DNA of 46,745 nt from a virus: positions 1-46,745 of IMG/VR virus record IMGVR_UViG_3300009481_000001. One strand, written 5' to 3'. Shown here in pieces: positions 14,862 through 24,508 of this stretch. The position numbers and the translations under genes are program-made. The notes beneath the pieces are model-generated. The model worked only from the letters and a program-made list of their open reading frames with translations. It made no database searches and was not told the DNA's origin. The stretch's first letter is position 1. Each line of letters opens with the position of its first letter.

Positions 14862-15380
14862 TTGCCCTTCCGATACGAGTATGAATGTGCAGACGGTCAC
14901 GTTACGGAGCTTATCCGTCGCGTGGCCGACCGCCGTCTACCCGTGTATTGTCTTCACGAAGGATGCGAAGGCAAGCCAGCTAAGATGATCATTAGCAAGC
15001 CCGCGAGGCCCGATCGTCAGTACGAAGATGGTCTGAAGATTGCTCCGTGGACCCTCCCGCCCGAGAGGAATGAAGACGGCAGCGTCAAGCTGGACCGCAA
15101 CGGGCAAGTAGTCATGCAGCAGGTAGAGGTACACTCCCGCAGGGAGTTCCTCAACGTTCTGAAGAAGAACGGCCTTACTGAGCTAGAGACAACCGGTGAC
15201 CACCTCGTTCAAGGGGGTACGTTCAAGCGCGATCAGGCAGAGAAGAAGCGGAAGAAGCTTGATAAAGAAGCTTACGACATGGCGAAGGAGTATGCCGAAC
15301 TTCGGCAGAGCCCTGACCGCGTGAAGAAGATTCTTGATAAGAACAAGAAGAAGTCCGCCAAACTCGAAAAGATCGCGTAG
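14862..15380 (+). CDS. FmdB-like zinc-ribbon protein with lysine-rich tail (172 aa)
   Basis: A TTG start gives MPFRYEYEC..., matching the canonical MPxYEYxC N-terminus of FmdB-family ribbons. The second knuckle is CLHEGCEG. Confidence 0.55.
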   Translation: MPFRYEYECADGHVTELIRRVADRRLPVYCLHEGCEGKPAKMIISKPARPDRQYEDGLKIAPWTLPPERNEDGSVKLDRNGQVVMQQVEVHSRREFLNVLKKNGLTELETTGDHLVQGGTFKRDQAEKKRKKLDKEAYDMAKEYAELRQSPDRVKKILDKNKKKSAKLEKIA

Positions 15381-15389
15381 GAGTTCAAT

Positions 15390-15920
15390 ATGGCGCTTTG
15401 GGATCCAGAATCGTGGGACGGCAAGGAAGAGACTCTTCCGGACTCCGTTCGTGACTACTTCAAGAATAAGGACGTGCCGGCAGAAATGACCGGCGAGGAG
15501 AAGGAAGCAGCGCAAGAGGCGGCCTTCGAAAAGTTCCTTTCAAAGAAGAGTGTCGCCTCGCATCTGGATAGCGTGAGGTCGCGCGTCCCGGCAGATAAGT
15601 TCGAAGCAGCTTCCGCTAAGTTCCGAAACGCTGTCGAAAAGGGCGGTGTTTCGATCGAGGATGCATCCAAGCTCTACTTCCCTGTCGGGGAATCCCAGAC
15701 TCATGAACTCGGCGGCAAGCCGAAAGTCAAAGATCCCGCATCCCTCCAACAGACTCCAGGGGCAGGACCTCCGCCCGCAGAAGGAGACTGGAGCGAGGAG
15801 AAGGTTATGGAGCAAAGAAAGGCGCTCCGCAAGATGACCTTCTCTCAGGCGCTCAAGTGGAGGAGCGACCCAAAGAACGCAGCATACCTCAAGGAAGAGT
15901 TGAAGCTCGCCGCGAGGTAA
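15390..15920 (+). CDS. scaffolding-like protein (176 aa)
   Basis: Charged, helix-prone protein between portal and capsid genes. AGGAG SD upstream. Confidence 0.45.
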   Translation: MALWDPESWDGKEETLPDSVRDYFKNKDVPAEMTGEEKEAAQEAAFEKFLSKKSVASHLDSVRSRVPADKFEAASAKFRNAVEKGGVSIEDASKLYFPVGESQTHELGGKPKVKDPASLQQTPGAGPPPAEGDWSEEKVMEQRKALRKMTFSQALKWRSDPKNAAYLKEELKLAAR

Positions 15921-15931
15921 AAGGACAGTAG

Positions 15932-17041
15932 ATGCCGACTTTCTTCTCAGGCGACCCGCGCGCCGACGAAGCCCTCCTCGCGACCATGATCTCGCGTATG
16001 GGCTCGTTCATCGACCTCGTTTCCGGGGCAAACGTCACGAACGGATGGTTCAAGCGTAACAACGCGATCCAGCCCGTCCCTGGCGGTCACACCATCAGCC
16101 AGCCCCTCTTCGTTCAGGAGAGCGGCGACATCACGTGGTTCACGGATCTCGATCCGGTGAACCGCAGCTTCACCCCCGGTGACACGGCGGCGGAGTACAC
16201 GTGGAAGTGGGGCGCGATCCCCATGACCCTGGAGTGGACGAAGAAGTGGACGAACTCCGGCTCGGACCGCATCATGTCCATCGAGGAGCGACGATTCCGC
16301 CAGATGATGATCACCCTACGCAACCGTCTGGCGCACTACACGCTGAACGGCACGGGTGGCAAGGAGCCTCTCGGCCTCCTGCTGGCGATCGAAGACGCGG
16401 CCCCGGCCGCTCAGACCCAGACCGTCGGTCGTATCGCGAAGGCGTCGAAGGCGTACTGGCGGAACCAGAGCCGTCAGGCGACCGCCGGACAGGCGTTCGG
16501 TGATGTCCTCGGCGGGAACCTGGTCCGCGGGATCTTCCTGATCCTCCAACTGATCACCGACTGCAAGCAGGGTCGGCTCTTCCCCAACGGTTTCCTCGTG
16601 AACACGAGCATCCACCTGAACGTGCTCCGCGCGATGATGGCGATGTTCGCATTCCGAGCCGCTGGCGGTGCCGACCAGAGCGTCAACGCTGGCGCTCCCC
16701 ATCAGGTTCAGCTTCTCGGTGTCCCGATCATCGAAGAGTCGGACCTTCCGGCTGAGTGTGGCCTGTGCCTGACCTCGGTCGCGCAGTCCTCGCTCTACGC
16801 GAACCTCGCTGGCGACGGTACGGAGGATCCCGATCTCTCCGTCTCGGCGGCAGACCTTCAGGGCGTGTACCTCGGTCACCACCCAGAGGTGGACGTCGTC
16901 ATCGACGGTCCCAAGCGGTACTCCGAGACCCAGTTCGCCGACGTCACCCACGCCCTCGTCTCCCAGGTCAACATGTACACGAACAACTCGGCTCTCGGCC
17001 GACTCGGCGCCACCGGTGGTGGTTCCGTGGACACCTACTAG
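15932..17041 (+). CDS. major capsid protein (HK97-like)
   Basis: 369 aa at the canonical position. The GTGGKEPLGLLLAIE segment resembles the conserved G-x-EP-x-G-L/I-L loop of HK97-fold capsids. Confidence 0.7.
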   Translation: MPTFFSGDPRADEALLATMISRMGSFIDLVSGANVTNGWFKRNNAIQPVPGGHTISQPLFVQESGDITWFTDLDPVNRSFTPGDTAAEYTWKWGAIPMTLEWTKKWTNSGSDRIMSIEERRFRQMMITLRNRLAHYTLNGTGGKEPLGLLLAIEDAAPAAQTQTVGRIAKASKAYWRNQSRQATAGQAFGDVLGGNLVRGIFLILQLITDCKQGRLFPNGFLVNTSIHLNVLRAMMAMFAFRAAGGADQSVNAGAPHQVQLLGVPIIEESDLPAECGLCLTSVAQSSLYANLAGDGTEDPDLSVSAADLQGVYLGHHPEVDVVIDGPKRYSETQFADVTHALVSQVNMYTNNSALGRLGATGGGSVDTY

Positions 17042-17050
17042 GAGACGGCT

Positions 17051-17743
17051 GTGCAGCACGTTCGCAAGTTCTTCAAGCCCCTCTACCCGAACATCCCGTA
17101 CCGGCTTCACCCGCTCGATATCTCGACGCAGGCGGAGCGGGTCACGAACAACAAGGTCCCGCAGGTCGACCTCGGAGCGGATCGCTACGAGGTTCCTGGC
17201 ACCTACCGCTGGGTCCTCTACGACGATCCGGACAACGACATCCGTCAGGAGCTTCTTCTGAAGCTGGTGGCGCACAACGGTGGCGCGTGGACGACCATCG
17301 ACGCGGCCGCCCGCGGAACGCAGTCCGGTAAGACCGAAGGTCGGTTCGTCGTGTCCGACGGTACCATGTCGGTCGCTGCGACCATCGCCCCGCTCGTCAA
17401 GGGCGGCCTCTTCGCCGACTACTTCGTCGAAGCGGACGCGCTCCCGAACCGGATCGCCCCGACGCCGGTCAAGGCTCAGTCGCTCGCTAACGGCGACTGG
17501 TACTGGGTCATCGTGGAGGGACCTTACGAGTACTACGGCGCCGCCGCCTGCGCCGCTGGTCGACCGCTCGGACTCGGTGCTGTCGCCCAGGAGGGTCAGC
17601 TCGAGGACCACTCGGCAGTCGTCGGACTCGGGACCGACGAGGCGGTCGGGTACTGCACTCTCGACCCTGGTGGCGCAGACGCCTTCGGTCGGTGCAACCT
17701 GACGCTCGGACGGAACGGGTTCGTCGACACGGCCCAGTTCTAG
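17051..17743 (+). CDS. head-associated protein (possible decoration protein, 230 aa)
   Basis: GTG start with AGGAG SD. It immediately follows the capsid gene and shares its high-GC composition. Confidence 0.4.
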   Translation: MQHVRKFFKPLYPNIPYRLHPLDISTQAERVTNNKVPQVDLGADRYEVPGTYRWVLYDDPDNDIRQELLLKLVAHNGGAWTTIDAAARGTQSGKTEGRFVVSDGTMSVAATIAPLVKGGLFADYFVEADALPNRIAPTPVKAQSLANGDWYWVIVEGPYEYYGAAACAAGRPLGLGAVAQEGQLEDHSAVVGLGTDEAVGYCTLDPGGADAFGRCNLTLGRNGFVDTAQF

Positions 17744-17752
17744 GGCTACTAG

Positions 17753-17796
17753 GACGACAGCAGCAGCTCGGGCAGGGTCGCTGCTGTCGTCTGCCC
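17753..17796 (+). terminator. 12-bp perfect-stem hairpin (GACGACAGCAGC / GCTGCTGTCGTC) after the head genes
   Basis: Intergenic, with no U-tract. It lies exactly at the switch from high-GC to lower-GC codon usage. Confidence 0.4.
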
Positions 17797-17804
17797 TGGA
17801 GGGC

Positions 17805-18971
17805 ATGATGCGGGTCCTCGATGTAGTAAATTTCCTGAAGGGCAATGGAGTAGCTCCAGGCTACGCTAGCGACCTGACGGTACTCAATTCCGTATACACG
17901 CGCATCATGGCCCTGGTATGGGACCAGTTGCGCGGAAGTTTCTTTTTTCAAGTTGAAGCAGCAGTAACTCCAACAGAGACGTACACTGGCGTAGCCGGTG
18001 CTACAATCATTACTGCGTCCGGAGCGTTCTCAGAAAACGCTGATGTGTACCTAGGACGAGAGTTCCTCAACGACGACGGACCGATCAAGGTCGTCGGCGT
18101 AGATACTACTCTCAACGTACTACACCTGAACCAGCCTCTCCAGACCGCTATAGCAGCCGGTACTGCGGTCGAGTTCTTCAGGCGGACATACGTACCTACC
18201 AACGACCAGGGCCTTCGACTCGGCAAGGTTCGTTCCGACCCAACATACGCTCGGCCAGGAAGACTGGCACTCAGGACTCCAGTACGAATGCCGCCAATCG
18301 CAGGATCGCTTCACGGGAGCGCGTCACTGCTAGGAACTAGCCTCTTCACATACATGCCATGTGAGCACGTCAGGCCACCACTACTCGCCCCTGTCGTGAC
18401 ACAGAATCCCGCTGGAGGTTCATCAGTAGACCAGGGCAATTACCGCGCGTACATGGTAAACAAGATCGGCCCGTTCTACTCCCCGCTCAGCCCAGCAAGC
18501 AACACACTGAACTTCGCGGGCGCTGTTCCCGGTACACAGCAGGGGGTAATTACGACGCAGAACCTAGGTTTCGAAGAGAAGGTCTTCCTGGTCGAGGGAC
18601 CACTACAGGATGTAGACGGTATCGACGGCAAGCAGTCACGAACAGGGCTCAGAGTAGTATCTGAGACCAGCGCACTCGTAGCTAACTTTGAGTTCGACGA
18701 AGCATGGATCATGCGACTTCCGATCTTCTCGCCTACGAACGGGTCGCTAAGTATCTCTTACGGTGGGCAGCCAGACGAGCGACGGAACGTTAGTGTGACT
18801 GGCTACCCGCACTTCCAGAAGATTCACTCCTACTACGACCATTTGGTGCTCGACGAGCGATTCTTGATCGCGTGGCGAGAGTACACGAAGAACATGGAGA
18901 CTGGCGACGGTAAGCACTTCATGGCCGCACGTGCGGCAATCATGGCAATCTCAGGTGGGTCGATTCTGTAG
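17805..18971 (+). CDS. virion structural protein (adaptor or tail, 388 aa)
   Basis: ORF track. GGAGGG SD upstream. Position downstream of the head module. Confidence 0.5.
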   Translation: MMRVLDVVNFLKGNGVAPGYASDLTVLNSVYTRIMALVWDQLRGSFFFQVEAAVTPTETYTGVAGATIITASGAFSENADVYLGREFLNDDGPIKVVGVDTTLNVLHLNQPLQTAIAAGTAVEFFRRTYVPTNDQGLRLGKVRSDPTYARPGRLALRTPVRMPPIAGSLHGSASLLGTSLFTYMPCEHVRPPLLAPVVTQNPAGGSSVDQGNYRAYMVNKIGPFYSPLSPASNTLNFAGAVPGTQQGVITTQNLGFEEKVFLVEGPLQDVDGIDGKQSRTGLRVVSETSALVANFEFDEAWIMRLPIFSPTNGSLSISYGGQPDERRNVSVTGYPHFQKIHSYYDHLVLDERFLIAWREYTKNMETGDGKHFMAARAAIMAISGGSIL

Positions 18972-20944
18972 TGGCAAGCCGATCGCACAGGATGACCATC
19001 CTGAACCCCGTCAGGGGTGAAGATGATCGTAGATTCCCTAACACTGGCTATCTAGGCCCGAACACAATTAACGTGTACCCAGACCATCGTGGATGGCTTC
19101 GAGGGTATAGAGGGAATCAGGCACTACTTAGCCCGGAGCCAGCAGCGTGGGCTGGTAAGAACATCGTAGAAGCGCAGGTCTTTGTTAATCGCTTAGGCGT
19201 GAAGCGACGCGTGTTCATAACTGACGATTGGGGCGCATGGAGCCTGGATGACCAGGTACCAAACCTTCTCTTCCAGTTCACCGACAAGGTTCGGATGGTC
19301 CAGTTTCAGGACCTAGTTATTTTCCTGTCTAAGACACAGGCCCCCCGTAAGTGGGATGGCATTGAAGCCGTTACATACCTAGGCGTACGCGAGATCCCAC
19401 AAGCGCCTACGGTCCGCGTTGCGGGCGTGGCCCATAACCAGTGGGCTAAGTATTTCCGTAAATACATAAGTTGGGGAATCAATAACGAGAGCGAACCGAT
19501 GGCTAACGCGTACGTACCATCGTGCGCTACACAGGACCGAAACCCTATTGAAGATGACCAGCTTCAGAGGATGTACGATTGGGCGATCTCGTTCTACAAC
19601 ACGAGGGGCCAGATTGGACGACGAAGCAAGGCGACCACATTCGTAGTCGCCGCTGCTGGGGACATACTTCTAGATAGATCACAGTGGACACCTGCGTGGG
19701 ACAGGAATAATTACAACTTCCTGTACCCGATCGTAGAGTGGGCAACTGACTTCGAGCAGGAAGACATAGCCGGAGTGATCGTCTGGCGAACAATCAACCA
19801 ATTCGTTGCAGAGGAAGCTGGCCTACTTCAACTCGCGTACGCGTTCCCGTTGCCTCTTACTCGTGTGACTGACCGTAAAGCAGACGGCGCGCTGACCGTG
19901 GCGTACGACGAGGGCTCTGGATACCCTGGACCACAGGGCTTGATCGCTACCACGTTCAGAGATAACGTGCTGATTGCAGGCGACCCGGAGAACCCTCGCA
20001 TCGTCAGGTGGTGTACCGGAGGGTTCCCAGAGGACTGGCCGATCCTGAACGCTTATCAGGCACAGGACGAGATCACTGCACTTGTGTCGCTCAGCAAGAG
20101 TGTTGTCGTAGTCACTCGGTCTTCCATAGAGACGATCGCACTGAACGATGCTGGCATATTCGTAAGGGCAAGGGTGGAGGCGACAAAGGGTTCGATCTAC
20201 GGCGAGACCCTGATCCAATACAAGGACAACGTGGTCGGGATCTGGAATTCTGGCTTCGGAGTGTTTGACGGTTTCACCTTTAAGCAAATGAACAACACAA
20301 CAGGGCATCTGATCGACGAGATCGAGCCCGATAGCGGGGCCTTCTCTTGGGTCCACGACTCGATGTTGTTCATCAGGACGCAGACTCGTGGGCGCGGTCC
20401 GCAGATTCTAGTGTACCACTTCGCCTTCAATGCATGGTTCAGACTAGACGGAGACAACGTATTCTGCGCATGGATCGAGGACGACGACGTGTTCGTCGGC
20501 GCGGCGGATACGCTCAGAGCATTTAATAAGTCTGCAACTGGTTCCGGGGTCATCGAGTTCCGACTAGGCGGCTTTGAGGAGGGTGGTCGGGATCTCTCGT
20601 GGATGAGCAAGGAGATCCTCCGCCTCTTCTTCTACTTCGGGTCGACAGGAAACTGGAACTACACCGTAAACATGCATGGTGACGAGCGGTATTCCAGGGA
20701 CCCGTTCTTCTCAGGCAAGATCCTCGCCGCTGATAAGGATGACACGTTCTGGGATGACGCTCGAGCACTCTGGGACAGCGTGTTTGCTCGATGGGACGCA
20801 CCGTCATTCAAGTGGCGCTCACTTGAGGTAGGGTACGGTGGGGCGAACTTTGAGTCCGCCTCGATCTCTATCACGTGGACCGGAGACATCAGCCTAGGTG
20901 GCCTTGCGATGGAGTATCGCAAGCAAGAACTGAGCGGTCGCTAA
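18971..20944 (+). CDS. virion structural protein (tail or nozzle-like, 657 aa)
   Basis: ORF track. GTG start overlaps the upstream TAG (TAGTG). Beta-rich sequence. Confidence 0.5.
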   Translation: MASRSHRMTILNPVRGEDDRRFPNTGYLGPNTINVYPDHRGWLRGYRGNQALLSPEPAAWAGKNIVEAQVFVNRLGVKRRVFITDDWGAWSLDDQVPNLLFQFTDKVRMVQFQDLVIFLSKTQAPRKWDGIEAVTYLGVREIPQAPTVRVAGVAHNQWAKYFRKYISWGINNESEPMANAYVPSCATQDRNPIEDDQLQRMYDWAISFYNTRGQIGRRSKATTFVVAAAGDILLDRSQWTPAWDRNNYNFLYPIVEWATDFEQEDIAGVIVWRTINQFVAEEAGLLQLAYAFPLPLTRVTDRKADGALTVAYDEGSGYPGPQGLIATTFRDNVLIAGDPENPRIVRWCTGGFPEDWPILNAYQAQDEITALVSLSKSVVVVTRSSIETIALNDAGIFVRARVEATKGSIYGETLIQYKDNVVGIWNSGFGVFDGFTFKQMNNTTGHLIDEIEPDSGAFSWVHDSMLFIRTQTRGRGPQILVYHFAFNAWFRLDGDNVFCAWIEDDDVFVGAADTLRAFNKSATGSGVIEFRLGGFEEGGRDLSWMSKEILRLFFYFGSTGNWNYTVNMHGDERYSRDPFFSGKILAADKDDTFWDDARALWDSVFARWDAPSFKWRSLEVGYGGANFESASISITWTGDISLGGLAMEYRKQELSGR

Positions 20945-21546
20945 TGTTCCCGATCTACGACAGGACTCAACCAGCAGGAGTTCCGAACTGGGCGTGGTTC
21001 TTTGGTGCGCTTAGGCGACTCGCAAGAGGCTTGAACAGGGTTGGACCCGACAATATCAAAGCTGGTACTGTTACAAGACAAATGCTCGAGCCTGGGTTCT
21101 GGGTTCGCGCTGAAGGGGTCCGCGTAACCCCAGATCCAACATCACTTTTCGACACGTGGAATCTACACAAGAATGAGTACGGTGGTGAAGAGGGTATTGG
21201 GGAAATCGTAACTGTTTCCGTTCGTAAGAATAGAGTTACGCTAAACTCTTCTGCGACCGGATCATTTGCTGTTGCTTACTCAATTAGAGTCCCAGAGTTA
21301 GGCGTTGGTATCAGCGGGAACGTAAGTCAACGAAGGGGCGTGTACTCCACTCTACATATTGACGGCAGGAGAATCGACGAGGCGACAGACTACGACAACA
21401 AGAGGAGTGAACTTAACGGCGACAGGCTCAATGGGTTTGCGTTTGTTAACTTGATCGAAGGTACGCATCAGGTAGAAGTCATGCTTCACACAGCATTCCT
21501 TACCAGGGTTCTTCGTATAGAGATTTCCTTCGGGGAGATCCACTGA
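20944..21546 (+). CDS. tail-fibre-associated protein (200 aa)
   Basis: ATG at 20944 overlaps the upstream TAA (TAATG). The ORF-track start at 20875 would overlap by 70 nt. Confidence 0.45.
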   Translation: MFPIYDRTQPAGVPNWAWFFGALRRLARGLNRVGPDNIKAGTVTRQMLEPGFWVRAEGVRVTPDPTSLFDTWNLHKNEYGGEEGIGEIVTVSVRKNRVTLNSSATGSFAVAYSIRVPELGVGISGNVSQRRGVYSTLHIDGRRIDEATDYDNKRSELNGDRLNGFAFVNLIEGTHQVEVMLHTAFLTRVLRIEISFGEIH

Positions 21547-22133
21547 TGTCGTTCAGGCTGTCAGATTTCTGGCGATGGGTTCAGTCTGACTCTACTGTGT
21601 ACAACGCTCTAGTTGCAGCTATCGCAGCGTGGCGACCAGAAGAAGTTGATCATCACTCCCTACTTGAGAGGCACTTCGAAAAGCCTCCGAGCTTCCTACT
21701 CACTGACTTCAATAACGACCCTCTTGCTATACTGACCACGATGCCTACGTGTACTGTAGCGTTCACACCGAGCGGGACTAAGGGTCCAGTTGCTTTCTGT
21801 GTAGGATTTTTTTGGCCACACTACCCTGTCCCGAACATGAGCGCCGTCCCTGGGGACTGGGAAATGCTTATCACTACAGGAGACGGAGCAGCTTACGACC
21901 GCACTTACGAAGGTGATAAGTATCCACAGCCTATCTTTGGTTGGACGACTCCGGCATTTGATCCGTGGGGTGGCGGGAGTGGTCAACCGATCATGCGAAC
22001 TGGCGGCGGCAAGCTCATGATGACTACCAGTGTGATCGATACGTGGAATCTAGCGCATGACGAGATCGCGTTCTTCACACCATTGATGAAGGGTACTGCT
22101 CTAATGCTCGTTCTCGCGGAGGATAACGGTTAA
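21546..22133 (+). CDS. virion structural protein (195 aa)
   Basis: ORF track. TGATG coupling to the upstream gene. Confidence 0.5.
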   Translation: MSFRLSDFWRWVQSDSTVYNALVAAIAAWRPEEVDHHSLLERHFEKPPSFLLTDFNNDPLAILTTMPTCTVAFTPSGTKGPVAFCVGFFWPHYPVPNMSAVPGDWEMLITTGDGAAYDRTYEGDKYPQPIFGWTTPAFDPWGGGSGQPIMRTGGGKLMMTTSVIDTWNLAHDEIAFFTPLMKGTALMLVLAEDNG

Positions 22134-23383
22134 TGCCTATCGTGCAGACGCCAGTGACGACCGCGACAGCAATGTCTCGCTCTGCTATCGAGGCGAACCT
22201 TTCCGCTATCGAGAACTACTTACGCGGAAACGTAGACGCTGCTGATCTGTCTGCACTGATCGGAGCATCTGGCAGAGTCAACGAGCAGAACATGATCGTG
22301 TACGCACCTAAGGCGTATGAAATCGGTCCGTCTAAGGAATGGTCTGTCCACTCCGGTAGACTGAACCACAGGCTCGACCTAGATGACGAGGGTCTGGTAG
22401 ACTTCCAGTACTACGGCTCCCCGTTTTTCAATGGAGAGCGAGTCACAGTAGGCGGCGTTGGAGCTAGCAACATTGTAGACCCATGCGGCACGAACAACGT
22501 AGGCCGGTGGCAAGATAAGTACGTATTCGAAAGACTGGGTAACGTACCTGAGTCTGTTGGGCACATTCAAGACCTTAAGAGAATGGTCTACTCGTGGAAT
22601 AACTGGCGATGGAATTTCCCGGCCCCAGCATTTCCGACCCCTGCTGGTATTCACGCATACCTTAACCTCTTCTACCAGAGGTTCCCTGACGACGAGTACT
22701 GGGACTCGTGGAAGACAGTCCCGAACGCGTCAACTAAGATTTACGTCCCTGGCCCATGCATGCTGTTCGTACAGGGGTGGGCACGTGGGACATGGAACGG
22801 AGTCGGTCATCTAAACGGTCCCATTGACAAGAACTGGGATCTTAAGATCGGACCAGGTGTTCCCGGCGGCACAGAGGCTAAGTTTGATCCACCGGTCCTT
22901 TTCCGCCTTTTCGTAGATCAGGCGCACAAGAAGAACGATCGTCCCTTCAACTGGTTCTCAAACGGGAATGAGTACAAGGCGAACTGGGCTCCCATCCAGA
23001 CCGCACAAGAGGTCGGACTAGGTACTCGCAGTGGAGTATTCGGACCTGTTGGGCACGAAGTTCAGTGCTCCACGTGGCCCAGGAATACGGTCAGGATCGC
23101 TAGCGAAATATTCATCCCGGCAGCCGGGTACTACACACTCTCCCTACGGTTCAACTCATTGTACTTTGCCGGCTGGGCAGAGTACCAGTCTCCAGGCGTT
23201 TACCACTGGAAGAAAGAGTGCGCTCCCAGCGAAGCCAGTACGACCGGGTCTGGACCAAATGGACCTACATGGGGGCTACCACTAGTCTCTCGCTGGGAGG
23301 CTTCTGGTATTCAAGCCATAGCACAACTCGGAAGGACCGCGCAGTCCCGAGACGCGTCCGATTCACAGTTCGTCACACCATGA
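22133..23383 (+). CDS. tail fibre or receptor-binding-like protein (416 aa)
   Basis: The N-terminus (SAIEANLSAIENYLRGNVDAADLS) resembles the conserved N-terminal motif of podovirus-type fibre and tropism proteins. The remainder is W/G/N-rich and beta-type. Confidence 0.45.
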   Translation: MPIVQTPVTTATAMSRSAIEANLSAIENYLRGNVDAADLSALIGASGRVNEQNMIVYAPKAYEIGPSKEWSVHSGRLNHRLDLDDEGLVDFQYYGSPFFNGERVTVGGVGASNIVDPCGTNNVGRWQDKYVFERLGNVPESVGHIQDLKRMVYSWNNWRWNFPAPAFPTPAGIHAYLNLFYQRFPDDEYWDSWKTVPNASTKIYVPGPCMLFVQGWARGTWNGVGHLNGPIDKNWDLKIGPGVPGGTEAKFDPPVLFRLFVDQAHKKNDRPFNWFSNGNEYKANWAPIQTAQEVGLGTRSGVFGPVGHEVQCSTWPRNTVRIASEIFIPAAGYYTLSLRFNSLYFAGWAEYQSPGVYHWKKECAPSEASTTGSGPNGPTWGLPLVSRWEASGIQAIAQLGRTAQSRDASDSQFVTP

Positions 23384-23622
23384 CCGACCTCAACCTCTCT
23401 CCAGACTTCATGATGGTGTCGACTCCACTGGAGCATCGCATCGATGAAGATGGGGTCTTGACTGCAAAACTGACCCCTAAGGAAATCAAGGAAGGGGCAG
23501 ACGCGAGAGGCGAAGAGGTAAAAGACGCGTCATCTAAGGCACTTAGCGAGGGGCTTGACAGCTATGAGTCCGGTGTTTACCATGGGTTTGACGACAAGCG
23601 TTACTTGAGCGCTCTGGAGTAG
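23380..23622 (+). CDS. hypothetical protein (80 aa)
   Basis: ATG at 23380 overlaps the upstream stop (ATGA). The ORF-track start at 23218 lies inside the previous gene. Confidence 0.55.
   Translation: MTDLNLSPDFMMVSTPLEHRIDEDGVLTAKLTPKEIKEGADARGEEVKDASSKALSEGLDSYESGVYHGFDDKRYLSALE
23555..23583 (+). promoter_or_regulatory. sigma70-like promoter TTGACA-N17-TACCAT inside the 3-prime end of 23380..23622
   Basis: Exact -35 hexamer, 17-nt spacer and TACNNT -10. It lies 44 nt upstream of the ATG at 23627, which has a GGAG SD. Confidence 0.45.
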
Positions 23623-23626
23623 TTCG

Positions 23627-24508
23627 ATGGCAGATGGAATCACGGGCGGAAGTGGGAACCCTAGCGGATTTCTCGCGTCTGAGCGTTTCGACTTCGACGC
23701 TTACTACGAAGAGAACCCAGCAGCATTGGATCAGGACCTTCAGAAGACGAAGGACGAGATCAAGACCCAGGTCATGTTTGACAACATGGGCCAGGGATCT
23801 GGTCAGTTCGGTGGGCTCGCGTTCGGGATCGTTGGGATCGCGGTTGGTGCAATCTACGGACTCGTAGACGGTATCGCGTTCGATGCAGCCATCGATGCGT
23901 CTATCGAGGAAGCGAAGGAGCGACGAGAGAACATCGAGCGCGACATCGAAGAGGTCATGAACTTCCGAGCCGACATCGAAAACAAGATGGCTCAGTACAC
24001 GACACCGATGGAGCAGGCTCTACGCGAGAGGGCTAAGGCACATGGTCTCGGCCTCCGAGCGCAGGGCATTAGTGGTCCTCAGTTGATCGCAGCACAACTT
24101 ACTGCTGAGCGCCAATACCGAGAGACTGTCGGACCGAACATAACTCGTGCGATCGGTGAAGCGTCTACCGCTGCGCGCGCAGATGCGATGGCAAGGCTCC
24201 AGGCGGTCGAGTCGAAGTACGGCATCATCCTGAACCAGCAGCGTGCCGAACTCTTGCAGTCACAGCAGGTTGCACAACTGAAGGCTGGTCAGCAGAGCAG
24301 TATCCAGGGTGGAATCGGTGCTATAGCAGGAGCGTTCGGTACGCTTATCGACGAGGCGATCGACCAGAACCAGAGCCAGGGGCCGACCGAGACCGGCCAG
24401 GGGTCGACCGAGACCGGGCAGGACCAGCCGCCTCCCGCTGAGGAAGATCCGTTCGAGATGCCTGACCAGGCAACCGGCGGACCATCCGGGATGGAGAACA
24501 TCGCGTAA
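23627..24508 (+). CDS. putative internal virion protein with one transmembrane-like segment (293 aa)
   Basis: Hydrophobic segment GGLAFGIVGIAVGAIYGLVDGIAF, then Q/A-rich coiled-coil-like sequence and an acidic Pro-rich tail. Confidence 0.4.
   Translation: MADGITGGSGNPSGFLASERFDFDAYYEENPAALDQDLQKTKDEIKTQVMFDNMGQGSGQFGGLAFGIVGIAVGAIYGLVDGIAFDAAIDASIEEAKERRENIERDIEEVMNFRADIENKMAQYTTPMEQALRERAKAHGLGLRAQGISGPQLIAAQLTAERQYRETVGPNITRAIGEASTAARADAMARLQAVESKYGIILNQQRAELLQSQQVAQLKAGQQSSIQGGIGAIAGAFGTLIDEAIDQNQSQGPTETGQGSTETGQDQPPPAEEDPFEMPDQATGGPSGMENIA

Noticed and set aside
16316-17845. 509-aa reverse-strand ORF spanning the capsid region
   Set aside because: It lies antisense to two well-supported, SD-preceded structural genes in a high-GC island. 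The composition is R/V/D/G-rich and low-complexity, typical of shadow ORFs created by G/C third positions.
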